Below, piece after piece: positions 27,841 through 42,840 of a stretch of DNA of 64,000 nt (positions are counted from its first letter, which is position 1; each line of letters begins with the position of its first letter). The stretch comes from Octopus vulgaris. Taxonomy: Eukaryota. Location: assembly GCA_951406725.2 (NCBI GenBank), contig OX597829.1:47120001-47184000 (forward strand), read 5' to 3'. The notes under the pieces are model-generated. The model saw only the letters and a list, made by a program, of their open reading frames with translations. It made no database searches and was not told the origin of the DNA. The translations under genes were made by a program, and so were the position numbers.

Positions 27841-28269
27841 CTATAAAGCATCCCAAATCTGAATGGTATTATAATGGAAGACGAATAAGAAAATAAATAT
27901 AGTAATTTATATTAGCAACGTGAATGTCAAACAATATTTTCTTTCCTGTCGTGAGACATTAAGATCGATTATCTGCTGCTTGTTATTGTGGTTGTTGCTG
28001 TTGCAGCTACTGATGCTGTTGTTGCTGCAGCAAATGCTATTTATGTTGTATTTGTCTTTTTTTTTCTTTTTTAATTCTGGAAGCGAGTGAAGACAGCTTG
28101 TCTCAGTACTGAAGATCATAGGAACTAAGTGGAGTCATTCAAACGAATGAAATTAAACGAATTAGTACGGTTTCATATCTGTTTAAGTAGTAGCCATATT
28201 GTAGAATAAATTAATCAACAATTGCATGTATCTCTGAGTGAAGGAGGAGATAAGGAGTAGATGAAAAGA

Positions 28270-28680
28270 GTAAGAGAGAGAGGGAGAGACTGACAGAGAG
28301 AGACAGAGACAGAGAGAGAGAGACTCAGAGAGAGAGAGAGTGAGATAGAGAGAGAGACTCAGAAAGAGAGACTCAGAAAGAGAGACACAGAGAGAGTGAG
28401 AGAGAGAGCGACAGAGAGAGAGACAGAGAGACAGAGACAGAGAGAGAGAGCGACAGAGAGAGAGACAGAGAGACAGAGACAGAGAGAGAGAGCGACAGAG
28501 AGAGAGACAGAGAGACAGAGACAGAGAGAGAGCGACAGAGAGAGAGACAGAGACAGAGAGAGAGAGAGCGACAGAGAGAGAGAGACAGAGAGACAGAGAC
28601 AGAGAGAGAGAGCGACAGATAGAGAGACAGAGAGACAGAGACAGAGAGACAGAGAGCGACAGAGAGAGAGACAGAGAGAA
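28270..28680. repeat. GA-rich compound repeat with a higher-order unit of about 42 bp (…GCGACAGAGAGAGAGACAGAGAGACAGAGACAGAGAGAGA…)
   Basis: Read directly from the sequence. Confidence 0.9.
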
Positions 28681-28779
28681 AGTGACGAAGTTCGAGAGAG
28701 AATCTGAAGTAAAAAGACATAAGGGAGGGAAAAGGAAACCTCCATTATAACAAATGTGACGGGGAGAGGAGAGGAGAGG

Positions 28780-28955
28780 AGAGGTAAAGCCGATCATATC
28801 GACCCCTACACTGGAATGGTAATTTATTTCATCGATCCCTGAAGGATGAAAGACCAAAGTTGACCTCGGTGCGATTTCGATTCAGAATGTTAAAAAAGCC
28901 GTGACTAAATAATTGCAACACGTTTCCTCCGACGCTCTAACGATTCTGTAAATCT
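28780..28955 (-). mobile_element. SINE family B, reverse orientation, diverged
   Basis: TCGACCCC...GGATGAAAGACCAAAGTTGACCTCGG...CTAACGATTCTG is the reverse complement of family B. Confidence 0.7.
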
Positions 28956-29569
28956 CCCGCCTTCTCCATCATCATAAATATTATACACATGTTGTCGCAA
29001 AAATATACACTCGTACACACGTCTACACAAACACATAAACAAATACACAAACACACACAAACAAAGAAACAAACAAACACAGGCACACACACAAAAATGC
29101 ACGCACGCATGCACGCAAATCAGGCACATACATATGCACACTCGCAAATATATACATTCGCGAAAAGAGAGAGAAAAGAACACAGGGGAAAAAATGCATT
29201 AATTAATACGCAAATTAGGAAAAGATAAATTACAGAGCCAAATTAATCGGCCTCTCTAAGGTCGCACAAATAGCTACAATTAGTAAGCAAATCTCTCTCA
29301 AAAGTCAGGCACTCCTGTCTTAAATAAAGAAGTGCTAAATTGGACAGTATAAAAATAAACGAATAGGTGATCATGGTTGAAATACCTTCCATCAAACGTC
29401 TGCACCGTAGGATTTAGCCTAGGGTTAAACAGCGTCAATGCCATCGACAGCTAATGTAATGCAGAAGAATAGCAGAGGACAATGAAATGAAAGTAAAAAG
29501 CAACCGAAACTACAGATTAATAGATAAGTAGACATCAATATACAAGCAGGCAAACACATACACATGCAT

Positions 29570-30255
29570 GTACACATACACACACGTTCATACATACATA
29601 AATACATACATAAATACATACATACATAAATACATACATACGTACATACATACGTAGATACATAAATACATACATACATACATGCATGCACACATACATA
29701 CATAAATACATACATATATAAATACATACATACATACAATACATACATACATACATACATTCATATGTACATACACACATACATACATACATACACACAT
29801 ACATACATACATACGTACATAAATGCATACATGAATACATACATGAATACATACATGAATACATATATACATACATACATACATACATACATACGTACAT
29901 ACATACATACATACATACATACATACATACATACATACATACATACATACATACATACATACATACATACATACATACATACGCACATACATACATACAT
30001 ACATACATGCATACATATATATATATATACATATACATACATACATACATACATACATGCATACATACATACAAACATACATACATACATACATACATAC
30101 ATACATACATACATACATACATACAGACAGACATACATACATACGTACAATACATACATACATACATACATACATACATACATACATACATACATACATA
30201 CATACATACATACATACATACATACATACATACATACATACGCACATACATACGC
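29570..30255. repeat. (CATA)n microsatellite array
   Basis: Read directly from the sequence. Confidence 0.98.
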
Positions 30256-30666
30256 ACACGTGCCCGATTCCGTTCGCCAATAATTGCAGCAAGACGAACA
30301 GTCATAAATCCCCACCCACCCAACAAGAATATTTTATATTGGTAAAATAGATACTTAGAGCAAAAAAAAAAAAGCAAAACAAAAATATACAAGAATCTAC
30401 ATTTATGTTGAGAACAATCTATGAAGAAACACACACACACACACACACATACACACACAAACAAGTACACACACAGACAAGTACACACAAATACACACAT
30501 ACATACAGACATATATGCATATATATGCGTGCAGGCGCCTGTGCGTGTGTATACTCACAGACAGACATATATATATTGATATATTAATAAATATACATAT
30601 ATACTTATATATGCATATATATGTATGTGGGTGTGTGTGTATATATATCTATGTGTATATATGTGA

Positions 30667-30699
<33 letters not shown>

Positions 30700-30796
30700 A
30701 CTATATAGATATGCATATACATACATATATAAATATAATATATATATATGTGTGTGTGTATGTGGATATATATATATATATATGTGTATATATGTA

Positions 30797-30838
<42 letters not shown>

Positions 30839-30956
30839 CATACATACAAACATACGTACGTACATACATACATACATACAAACACACATACATAAATACA
30901 TACAAACATACATACATACATACGTACACACACATATATATATATATATATGTATG

Positions 30957-31002
<46 letters not shown>

Positions 31003-31436
31003 GCATTATGTTATATTTTATTATATCATGAGACATGGCTACGTTCCGGTTTAAAACATCGTTTTATTAAAACCTTTTTCTTTACATTTTTTTGTTGTTT
31101 TTTTTCATATTTACTTATTAATGGTTTATATTTCGACTGGAACAATAACTATCCTAATTTCGGTTTCCAAACTACCATTAAGGACTAATAAAGAGATATG
31201 AAATATCACTAATGCAAAAAAAAAAAGAACAAAGTCGAATGTTTTGAATGTGAGACTGTTCCTTATAGTCACAAACACGTACATACGGGAACGCGTGATG
31301 TACATATATATGTATATATATATGTATATATATATATATATATATATTTATTTATATATATATACACATATACATATGCATATACATATACATATATATA
31401 TATATACACATATATGTACATATATACATATATATA

Positions 31437-31480
<44 letters not shown>

Positions 31481-31708
31481 GACATATATATATATATGTT
31501 TAAATATATTTATATGTATACATACATATACATATATAAATTTAAATATATATATATATAAATGTATCTATATGTATGTATATACATATGTAAATTTATA
31601 TACATACATATATATATGCATATAAGTATGTGTATACATATATAACTTTATATCTATATGTATGTATATACATATGTAAATTCATATATATTTATATATA
31701 TGTATGCG

Positions 31709-31769
<61 letters not shown>

Positions 31770-32019
31770 ATACGTATGTATGTATGTAAGTATGTATATA
31801 CATATGTACGTATGCATATATGTATATATACGCACATAAACGCTTATAGTCACATGCACATTGCAAAACGGGGATAGCAAGTGAGAGTGTGTGTTATCTA
31901 TTTTTGCTGTAAAGAGGGAAAAAAAATCTATCGTATGATTGGGTTGAAATCAATATTTTTTAATGGAAAAAAATCAACCCTAGCTTTATCAATGGGATTT
32001 ATTAGTTTTACTGTATTTT

Positions 32020-32065
32020 TTTTTATTATTGTTATTATCATTATTATTATTGTTATTATTATTAA

Positions 32066-32138
<73 letters not shown>

Positions 32139-32250
32139 ATTATTATTATTAATATTATTATCATTATTATTATTATTATTATTATTACTATTATTATTAT
32201 TACTATTACTATTACTATTATTATTACTATTATTATTATTATTATTATTA

Positions 32251-32291
<41 letters not shown>

Positions 32292-32347
32292 TATTATTAT
32301 TACTATTACTATTACTATTATTATTACTATTATTATTATTATTATTA

Positions 32348-32418
<71 letters not shown>
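32020..32418. repeat. (ATT)n/(ACT)n microsatellite
   Basis: Read directly from the sequence. Confidence 0.98.
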
Positions 32419-32420
<2 letters not shown>

Positions 32421-32499
32421 CTGTTGTGATCATCATCAACATCACCAATATTATCATCAATATATTGGCGATTAGATGCATATATACACTTACTATGCT

Positions 32500-32532
<33 letters not shown>

Positions 32533-33975
32533 GTGTGTGTACGTATGTATGTATGCATGTATGTATGTATGTATGTATTTATGTATGTATGTTTGTATTT
32601 ATGTATGTACGTATGTATGTATATGTATGTATGTATATGTATGTATGTATGTACGTACGTACGTACGTATGTATGTATGTGTGTATGTATGTATGTATGT
32701 ATGTATGTATGTAGAGACACACACACTCGTATTTATCAGAAGGGAATATGAGATTAGGAAGTTATTATTATTAACAACAACATCTTTGATTCTTACAGCT
32801 GTTTTAATTACTACTCAATTACTACTCACATTACGTGTCTGTACATTGAATTTACATTTGTGGAACAAGAGTATAATTTCATCAATGTCATCAATCTGTA
32901 GATACTAGCAACAGAACACTAAGGCAACTTTATGACCTTACCCATTGTCCTCAAAGAGGTGTGCATGTGTATCTCTTTCCTAGAGACTGAACAACCACCA
33001 ATTTGCTCCGCATGCCTTTACCTCTAACTCTGGGTACAACTGGATGCTATGTCTTGCCAAAGAATAAGTTATGTTTGGTCCAAGACAACTTATTTATACA
33101 TTTACCGCTAACACCTGTATCTTGAGGCCCATACCCACTATCCCTATCCGTGGGACTGTCGTGTTGGAGCTTACTTACACGATACGGAAGAGGTTCGACA
33201 CATCACTGCCATTTGAATTTTGTAAGAAAAGAATTTGAACTGCTATCGTAAAATAATAATTCAATTTAATTCATTTCATTTTTTTTTCTTTTCTTATTGC
33301 ATAACTAAATAGGATTAAACAACTGAGACCGGAAATCATATTTTGATAAAAATATTAATATTTTTCTCCTTTTATTCATGAAGATATTCATTTTTTATCT
33401 CCGTTTAGAAATTCTGTTTCGTTCTCCTTCAAACCTTAACCCATGTTCACTTATTGTTTGTTTGTTTCTTTTTTTATTAGGGGAGGGATACCCTGGCTTC
33501 TCTTTCGTTTTTCTTGTGTCTTTCAGTCATTTTACCGAATCCCATATTTATATAATACATTGACCTCTTTTTTTAAGAAATTTCTCTTGATTCTTTGCGG
33601 CAATTTATTTTTCTGTGATTGAGAATTTTCCTTCGTCTGGCTTGCGATTATTTCTGCCTTTCTTCCTTTCGAGATAGATGAATACAAATATCAGCCCATG
33701 AAAATACAAAGACTTCACACTCCAGATGTCATATCCTGGACGTTCAGCTAGTTTCATAATGGGCTATTCAAGAAGGTGCCGATGTCCTCTCTCGACTGCA
33801 TAACCCTCTAGAATGATTAGCGAAAGCATCACACATCCTCATACCGCATCAACCTCGAGTAGGAATGACAGCCGTGTATTTTTTGTTTACTTGGAAATTC
33901 GATTTCATTCCTGCACCACCCTTCTTTTACTCTCTTTCGTAATTGAATCATACTTTAAAATCTCTTCACTTCCTA

Positions 33976-34042
<67 letters not shown>

Positions 34043-34075
34043 CTATATCTGTATATATATATATATTTATCTATA

Positions 34076-34123
<48 letters not shown>

Positions 34124-34189
34124 CAGATATAGAAATAGATCTTAGGATATACATATATGCATACATATACACGCATATACACAAATATA

Positions 34190-34234
<45 letters not shown>

Positions 34235-35000
34235 TGTATGTGTGTGTGTGTGTGTATATACATATGTGTGTGTGTGTGTGTGTGTATAGTCCCTCATCTT
34301 TTCCTTTCAATTAGCATCTACATCCACCTGTCCCATTCTTAACCTCCTCTTTCCCACGTTCTTCGCAAATACGACTTGTCCCTCTCTTTTTCCCGCTCTC
34401 CTTCTCCTTCTCTCCCTCCCCCTCTCTCTCTCTCTCTCTCCTTCTTTCTCTCTCTCTATGTCTGCCCCAGTCTCTTTATCACTCTCCTTATCCTTCCTCT
34501 TCCTATATTATTTCATCACATTACCTAATTCTTTTTCTCTTTACCTTATTTCTTCCTCTTTTATTTTTTTTTTTTCTCCTATTTGTGCTAATCCCCTTCT
34601 CGCACAAATTCCTTTTTCCCCATTCCTCTCTCTCTATATATTGCACTGTTTGCTTGCTTGATTTCCTGCCTCTCCAGTATCTTTTTGCTGTTGATTGCCA
34701 GTGTTATCTGTCTCTCCCTTCCATCTTGTCAACCTTCATCTATCAATTTTTCTGTCACACTTTTATCGACATACTTTTATTTTCTATCTTCCACCTATCT
34801 GAGCTGAGTCACTAAGCATATACACACATATACGTACATGCATACACGCACACACACATACACACATATACACGCACAAACACATACACAAACACACACA
34901 TACACACGCTCACACACATATATATATGTTTGGTCTTTGCTTCACCTTTATAATTTTTTATATATATATATATATATATAAAAAAAAAAAGTCGCTGTTT

Positions 35001-35066
<66 letters not shown>

Positions 35067-35334
35067 TGGGAGACACACACTCACACTCTCATATATGCAT
35101 GTATATATACATATATATATGTAAGTATGAATGTATATATAAACACATATATGCATATATACACATGAAGTCAAATGCATATATATATATGCATATGTGT
35201 GTGTGTGTGTGTGTGTTTTTGGTACTATGCTCTCATTCGAGAAGGGTTACATGCTTCTGGCATGCATCAAGACATAATTCTCTATAAAAAAAAACTTCTG
35301 AACAAGTTAGAAACCGCTGAAGTATTTATTACTG

Positions 35335-35840
35335 CAGTGAATTGTGGCTTTGTGGTTAGAAGCTTGTTTCCCTAACCACATGGCTCCCGGTTCAGTCCCA
35401 CTGCGTGACGCCTTGGGCAAATGTATTCTACTATAGCTTCGTGCCGACTAAAGCCTCGTGAGTGGATTTGTTAGACGGAAACTGAAAGAAGTCCGTCGTA
35501 TATATATATATAGAGGGAGAGAGATACATAGAAACATATATATACTTATATATAAATATACGTATATATATATATGTGTATATATATATGTGTGTGTGTA
35601 TGTATGTATGTGGGTGTCTTAGCGTATGCGTTTGTCACCCCCATCGCCTCTTGACAACCCGTGTTTGTGCGTTTACGTCCGCATAACTTAGCGGTTCAGC
35701 AAACGAGACCGATAGAATGAATACCAGACGTTAAAAAATAAATACTGGGTTTAATACATTCGAATAAAAATTTTTCATGGCATTGCCCCAGCATGGCCGC
35801 AGTCTAATGTCTGAAACAGATGAGAGATAAAAAGAAAAGA
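35335..35840 (+). mobile_element. SINE family A, older subfamily
   Basis: Homologous head, CORE-like segment, expanded internal microsatellite and GCCCCAGCATGGCCGCAG...CTGAAAC tail. Confidence 0.8.
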
Positions 35841-36270
35841 TATAAGGATCTTTTACAATGTTTGTTCTTGAATTGGTTTGTTAGTTTCGATTTCAATTAA
35901 GCGAACATAATTAGTAACGGATTGTAAACCTTATTTAATTAATGAATCCTTCCAACGTCAAATTTACGTTTCATCATGGCGAACTTACATCCTCTTCCAA
36001 AATTTAAAACCTCAGACGTATGTTATAGATGAATTAATTATTTACTTCTGAGCCGTATCTATTCATCCAAATAGCTTCTACTACTTCCTAATGTCATTAT
36101 TGGTATGTCCTATTGTAACTCTCTTACCATAGGCATATACAATAATACGTAAAAGCGAGATGCTAGAAACGGCGGCGTCTGACGAAAGAGAATATTTAAT
36201 TTCATTCTAGTTTCATCCTAGTTTCGAATTCCTTCAGGAGCTAGTCTTTATAGGCGATTCAATTGATAAG

Positions 36271-36490
36271 ACAGAGAGCTGGCAGAAACGTTAGCACGCC
36301 GGGCGAAATGCGTTGCCGTATTTCGTCCGCCGTTACGTTCTGGGTTCAAATTCCGCCGAGGTCGACTTTGCCTTTCATCCTTTCGTGGGTAAATTAAATA
36401 AGTACCAGTTACGCACTGGGGTCGATGTAATCGACTTAATCCGTTTGTCTGTCCTTGTTTGTCCCCCTCTATGTGGGTAGTAAAGAAATA
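36271..36490 (+). mobile_element. SINE family B (young)
   Basis: Closely similar to 9654-9890. Confidence 0.85.
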
Positions 36491-36619
36491 TATAGGCGCT
36501 TCAAATTGAACACAGCACAGGGACTCATACACACAGATTCACAAACATAGGTACGCACACACACACACACACACACACGCACACACACACATGCACACAC
36601 ACACACACACATGCTGTCC

Positions 36620-36795
36620 ATAGCCTTTGTGAGTGGATTTGGTGGACAGAAACTGAAAAGACGCCCGTCATGTGTGCAAGTGTGCGTGTGTGTATCTGTG
36701 TGTGACGTTGTGACTGTGTTTGATCCCCACTACCGCTTCACAACCGGTGTTTGTGTGTATATGTCACAGTAACTTAGTGGTTCGGTAAAAGAGCA
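36620..36795 (+). mobile_element. SINE family A internal fragment
   Basis: GCCTTTGTGAGTGGATTTGGTGGACAGAAACTGAAA...CTTAGTGGTTCGG. Confidence 0.75.
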
Positions 36796-37160
36796 TACGT
36801 ACACACGCGCGCCCACAAGCTCTTTCAAACTCTATAAATGTGTTACTGTGAGTCATGTGTGAAATCGCTATTTTCATAGACATACTAGTTGCAGTACAAA
36901 GACTTGTTCGGGTTTATTAATATATCGAATAAACATAGTCACATAAATTCACAATATTTTAGATAAATCGCTTTAAAAAACAGTGCTGACAATTTTCAGT
37001 TGGTTCAGTAAATTGGGCCTCATTGAGGATTGTTGCAATCAATCAATTCTGTTTTGAGAAATTATCAGAAAGCGTCACAGAGTCTAGATCACAGTAGCAA
37101 GCAACCAGATTGCAAAATTCCAGCAATATAGCTGCTAACTACTATCCCTTAGATCTGGAC

Positions 37161-37231
<71 letters not shown>

Positions 37232-37261
37232 CAAAAACACACAGGCGCGCTCACATGAGCA

Positions 37262-37511
37262 CTGATTCAGTCTCACTGCGTGGCACCTTGGACAAGTGCC
37301 TTCTACTATAGCCCTAGGCAGACCAAAGCCTTTGTGAGTGGATTTGGTGGACAGAAACTGAAAAGACGCCCGTCGTATATGTGTGCAAGTGTGCGTGTGT
37401 GTGTGTATCCGTGCGTGACGTTGTGACTGTGTTTGATCCCCACTACTACCGCTTCGCTGCCGGTGTTTGTGTGTTTACGTCACCGTAACTTAGTGGTTCG
37501 GCAAAAGAGCA
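37262..37511 (+). mobile_element. SINE family A fragment (duplicate of 36620-36795)
   Basis: Shares diagnostic variants and the same 3' truncation point (AAAAGAGCAT). Confidence 0.75.
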
Positions 37512-37544
37512 TGTATACATTCTTTCTAACATCACATACTGACA

Positions 37545-37938
37545 TGATATAAAGTGAACGTGAACTTTGAAGACCGAAATTGAGAAGTGCCAACGGCGGT
37601 CGAGCACGGGTCAGTCGGCCCTAAGTACCGGGCAGAAGTTTCCACGAAAGGCTTTGGATCCATCGTCGTAGTGAACGAACGAACGATAATGGGGCCGGCT
37701 TCGCATCGAACCCCAACTCGGGAGTGCCCGTCCGGTGGCGGGAACGCGCTACACCCCTCCTGCATCTATCGTCAAAGCCGGCTGCCAAGCAAAGCAGTGG
37801 CAACGCAGGACAGTCCGGAGGCGTTGCCGGAAGCCCTGAGAACGGTTCTTTCTTCGTAAAGCACTGCCTCCGTGGTATCGGCTCCTACGGAGTTACGAAT
37901 AGGGTGCCTGTAGAGCGCCGCGCCACCGTCGATCTAGA
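37545..37938. other. Unexplained GC/CpG-rich island
   Basis: Abrupt switch to GC-rich, CpG-rich sequence in an AT-rich background, with no protein motif I can recognise. Confidence 0.5.
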
Positions 37939-38133
37939 ACAAACAAATATATCAGAATATCAGAATAGTTTATGATTTTAACTTCTTTTTTTCTTTGATC
38001 AAAAACGCTTATGTTCGTTTATCTTGTTTTTATCCTCTATTTCTTTTATTTCTTTCATTGGAGACTACACTGGCTTCATAAACTTCAATTATTTAAAATG
38101 TAAAAGTAAGTGAAATTTTATCTCACCAAGATT

Positions 38134-38298
38134 GGCGCAGGAGTGGCTGTGTGGTAAGTAGCTTGCTAAACAACCACATGGTTCCGGGTTCAGTCCCAGT
38201 GCGTGGCACCTTGGGCAAGTGTCTTCTACTATAGCCTCGGGCCGACCAATGCCTTGTGAGTGGATTTGGTAGACGGAAACTGAAAGAAGCCTGTCGTA

Positions 38299-38345
<47 letters not shown>

Positions 38346-38555
38346 TTGTGTGTCTGTGTTTGTCCCCCTAGCATTGCTTGACAATTGATGCTTGTGTGTT
38401 TACGTCCCCGTCACTTAGTGGGTCGGCAAAAGAGATCGATAGAATAAGTAATGGGTTTACAAAGAATAAGTCCCGGAGTCGATTTGCTCGACTAAAGGCG
38501 GTGCTCCAGCATGGCCGCAGTCAAATGACTGAAACAAGTAAAAGAGAAAAAAAAG
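38134..38555 (+). mobile_element. SINE family A, full length
   Basis: Near-identical to 4778-5195. Confidence 0.9.
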
Positions 38556-38874
38556 GAGAGAAGATCTCTATATATACGTAAATATTGGCTCTATGATTAA
38601 ATTATATTAGTATTGTAGCTGATTTAAAAACTAACTTCAAGCACATTTTTTTCCGTATCCAAAGATAATTGTCATCCGATTAGCCAAGAAATCACCATGT
38701 ATACAAAGCTCACTTTACCCATTAAATTAAACTTGTTCACGCTTGTCGTGTCGGTATTTTGGTATCAGCTAGCTAAAATATATATAGGACACAAATGCTG
38801 CATGTATAAATCAGCTAGTTAACGCCATGTCGAACGTAATTTTTATAAGATTATAATATTTTATTATAGTATAG

Positions 38875-39260
38875 GCTTTCATTGTGGCTGTGTGGCAAGT
38901 AGCTTGCTAACCAACCATATGGTTCCGGGTTCAGTCCCACTGCGTGGCATCTTGGACAAGTGTCTTCTGCTATATCCCCGGGCCGACCAATGCCTTGTGA
39001 GTGGATTTGGTAGACGGAAACTGAAAGAAGCCTGTTGTATATATGTATATATATATATATATATATGTATGTGTTTGTGTATCTGTGTTTGTCCCCCTAG
39101 CATTGCTTGACAACCGATGCTTGTGTGTTTACGGTTCGTCAAAAGAGACCGATAGAATAAGTACTGGGCTTACAAAGGTCGATTTGCTCGACTAGAGGCG
39201 GTGCTCCAGCATGGCCGCAGTCAAATGACTGAAACAAGTAAAAGAGTAAAAGAGTAAGAG
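38875..39260 (+). mobile_element. SINE family A with two short internal deletions
   Basis: Homologous to 4778-5195 but lacks the TCCCCGTTACTTAGC and AATAAGTCCCGG segments. Confidence 0.85.
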
Positions 39261-39374
39261 TATAGTAATTTATTCTGAAGCATAGAAGCTGGAGTCAAAT
39301 TATTCTTGTTCTCTTCATTTATTTATATATTTATTCATTTTCATTTTTTTGCATAAAGTTTTAATCCAAAGGAA

Positions 39375-39620
39375 GGGTCAGTGACCCTGATCTTTGCGAG
39401 CCTCAGGGACTGTTGAAATCACTACCATTCGCATTCAACTTAATCAGCTTAGGCTGACAGCTACAGAAAAAAAAGATCAAGATGGCAAGGAAATTCCAGA
39501 AGGTTGACGTTCGAAGAATAGATTTAAAACTTAGCGATCAGTGAACAGCCTGAGTAACAAAAGCGGAGCATTGATGGCGAGAGGAAACTAAACATAAAAT
39601 GGCGGTTGGGATTGACTGAA
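39375..39620 (-). pseudogene. Degraded L2/CR1-type LINE 3' end
   Basis: - strand contains RTSTFWNFL, resembling the SFFPRTxxLWNSLP motif of L2/CR1 ORF2 C-termini. Confidence 0.4.
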
Positions 39621-39699
39621 AGTGATAGTGAAAGTGGAAATAATTATTTTCACAGAACAGAGATACTAAGAATATAAGATGGAGAGTAGGGAGGCAATT

Positions 39700-39803
<104 letters not shown>

Positions 39804-39903
39804 TACTTATTTCCCTTTTCCCACCTTCCCTCCAGACCTGTCTCTCCCCGATTTCCATATCTCCCCGATTTCCATATCTCCCCCTCTCTCTACACACACA
39901 TAT

Positions 39904-39934
<31 letters not shown>

Positions 39935-40001
39935 CATACATACATGCATGCATATATATATATATATATATATATATGGACACACAAATATATACATATG
40001 C

Positions 40002-40036
<35 letters not shown>

Positions 40037-40119
40037 AATAAACATGTATATATACATGCATAATTATATATGTGTGTGTGTGTGTGTACATATATATATA
40101 TATATATATGTGTGTATAT

Positions 40120-40181
<62 letters not shown>

Positions 40182-40378
40182 ATCGTAATATATAATCTCT
40201 ATATCTGTGTAACTGTCCAACTGATATATTTCTTTATTAATCTATATATCTAATAATCAATTTATCTGTCAATTTTTATGTCACACTCACTGATGTCTAG
40301 ATATCTATAATCTCTTTGATTTTATAGATCGGTTAATAGTGCTTTTTCTTTCTAAATCACTCTCATATACCTCTCTGT

Positions 40379-40446
<68 letters not shown>

Positions 40447-40600
40447 TTATTTATATCTATATATATGTGTATATATATGTATGTATATATATAAATATAA
40501 ATATATATATTTATGTATTTATATGTATATATGTATATATATAAGTATAAATATATATATGTATTTATATGTATATATGTATATTTATATATATATATAT

Positions 40601-40653
<53 letters not shown>

Positions 40654-40723
40654 CAATATTTAGCAGAAGCATCAGAGTGACTCAATGTCCGGGAGTTTCG
40701 TTCACTGGCACTCATCAAACATT

Positions 40724-40776
<53 letters not shown>

Positions 40777-40853
40777 GTTTATATGTATATGTAAATGTAT
40801 ATTTATATGTACGTATATATATGTATGTGTTTGTATGTATGTATATATCTATT

Positions 40854-40888
<35 letters not shown>

Positions 40889-41208
40889 CTCTCTCTCTCT
40901 CCCTATATATATATATATATATCGCAGAAGTACACAAGAGAGAGAAAGAGATGGAGGGTGGAGGAAGAGAGACAGAAAGAGAGAAAGAGAAACGTACACG
41001 TACCTGAATATATTTGTACAGAATGAAATAAGACAGTTAAGATATAAATATGCACTTCACGTCTCCCGAAGTTTCAAAATTTTTATGACGCAAAAATGTT
41101 TGTGCGTGCGAACGTATGGATATATGTGTGTGTGTGTGTGTGTGTGTGCGTATATATACATATATATATGTACACATACACACACATGTACATGTGTCCA
41201 TTTATCTA

Positions 41209-41246
<38 letters not shown>

Positions 41247-41306
41247 TGTGTGTGTGCCTGTCTGTTTCTGTATGTGTATATACCTCTATATACATTCCTG
41301 TATACA

Positions 41307-41385
<79 letters not shown>

Positions 41386-41582
41386 GTACATATATATGTG
41401 TACACATACACACACATACACATGTGTCCATTTATCTACCTATATACATACATATATATATATATATATATACTTATATATACATGCATATATATGTGTG
41501 CATGTGTGTGTGTGTAGCTTTTATTTGCGGGCTATCGTTATGCAAATGTATGTCTATATATATTTATCCAATTATTTCATGG

Positions 41583-41630
<48 letters not shown>

Positions 41631-41855
41631 CTCTCTCTCTCTCTCTCTCTCTTTCCCTCTGATGTAATCGAACGGGTATGTTTGTGGGGTGAATATTATA
41701 CGGATATGTCTGTTTCTATATTTATTCATCGATCTATCCACGCAATATTCAAACCAATCACCCATACAGCCAGGCCTTAGCCAATATCTATTTTGCAATC
41801 TACATTAATATACATAAACCACACATACATGATATAGATGTGTATGTGTGTGTTT

Positions 41856-41897
<42 letters not shown>

Positions 41898-41981
41898 GAC
41901 TCACATACACATATATATAGATATTCAGACAGATAGAAAGATAGATAGATAAATAGAGAGAGAGAGAGAGAGAGATTAATT

Positions 41982-42081
<100 letters not shown>

Positions 42082-42171
42082 TATCGAATACCATATAACA
42101 TAAGTTATTGTTTTATTAAAATTATCTCTGCCTCTAGAGAATGCAACATAATTGTAGAATTGCAAATGCAA

Positions 42172-42648
42172 CTAGCTCCACTTAACAACGTGAGCTAATC
42201 AGAAGAATCAATAATTCTCCAAAACTGACACGCTATTCAAGAAAACAATGGGCTTTTTGTCTGGAGATGAGAAGACAATTTGGACACATGTTTCTGCATC
42301 AATAAACGTCTTCAAAACATCACATGTCCAAGGAACGCATATACAATAATAAATATCTATAAGTGAAGAGCATATTTATAGCCTAGGTAATTGGCATAAT
42401 TACTTGTCTTATAACTATGTTTTCTTTTCTGTATTGATTTCTGTTTTTTTGTATTGATTTATATATGTCTTGACTGCTGAAGAGAGGTTATGACAACGGT
42501 CGTGTTGATGACGCCTATTGAGGCCGAAACATGTGTCCATACTTGTCTTCTCATCTCCAGACAAGAATCCACTCTTTTTCGTAAGAGCTTGTCAAATTTG
42601 GAGAATTTTTGATTCTTAATGTTTTATCCGTGTCTCAAGGGGAACTAG
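42172..42648. repeat. Imperfect inverted repeat (arms about 42172-42320 and 42501-42648), each arm with a hammerhead-like motif
   Basis: For example TTGTCTGGAGATGAGAAGACAA..TGGACACATGTTTC versus GAAACATGTGTCCA..TTGTCTTCTCATCTCCAGACAA. Confidence 0.85.
42502..42540 (+). ncRNA. Degenerate minimal hammerhead ribozyme motif
   Basis: GTG TTGATGA C GCCT-ATTG-AGGC C GAAA CATGTG TC CAT, with C3>T in the core. A more degenerate copy lies on - at 42280-42320. Confidence 0.6.
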
Positions 42649-42840
42649 GCTTAATTTCTATTTGGCAATTATAACACATTCTTCCATGGAGAAGAGAATT
42701 TTAAAGCTCGGGATTTAACTTTGTATGTTATCTGATATACATTTGTTTGTGTGTATTGTGAATAAACACAACACAACGTGTGTGTGCGTGTGTGTACACA
42801 CATACATAAATATTTACACGTATATGGTATGTACATGTTA

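Noticed and set aside
40569-41780. 403-aa ORF and the many similar YI/CV/MYVC/poly-I/poly-L ORFs
   Set aside because: They are translations of stop-free microsatellites, with no domain content or splice evidence.
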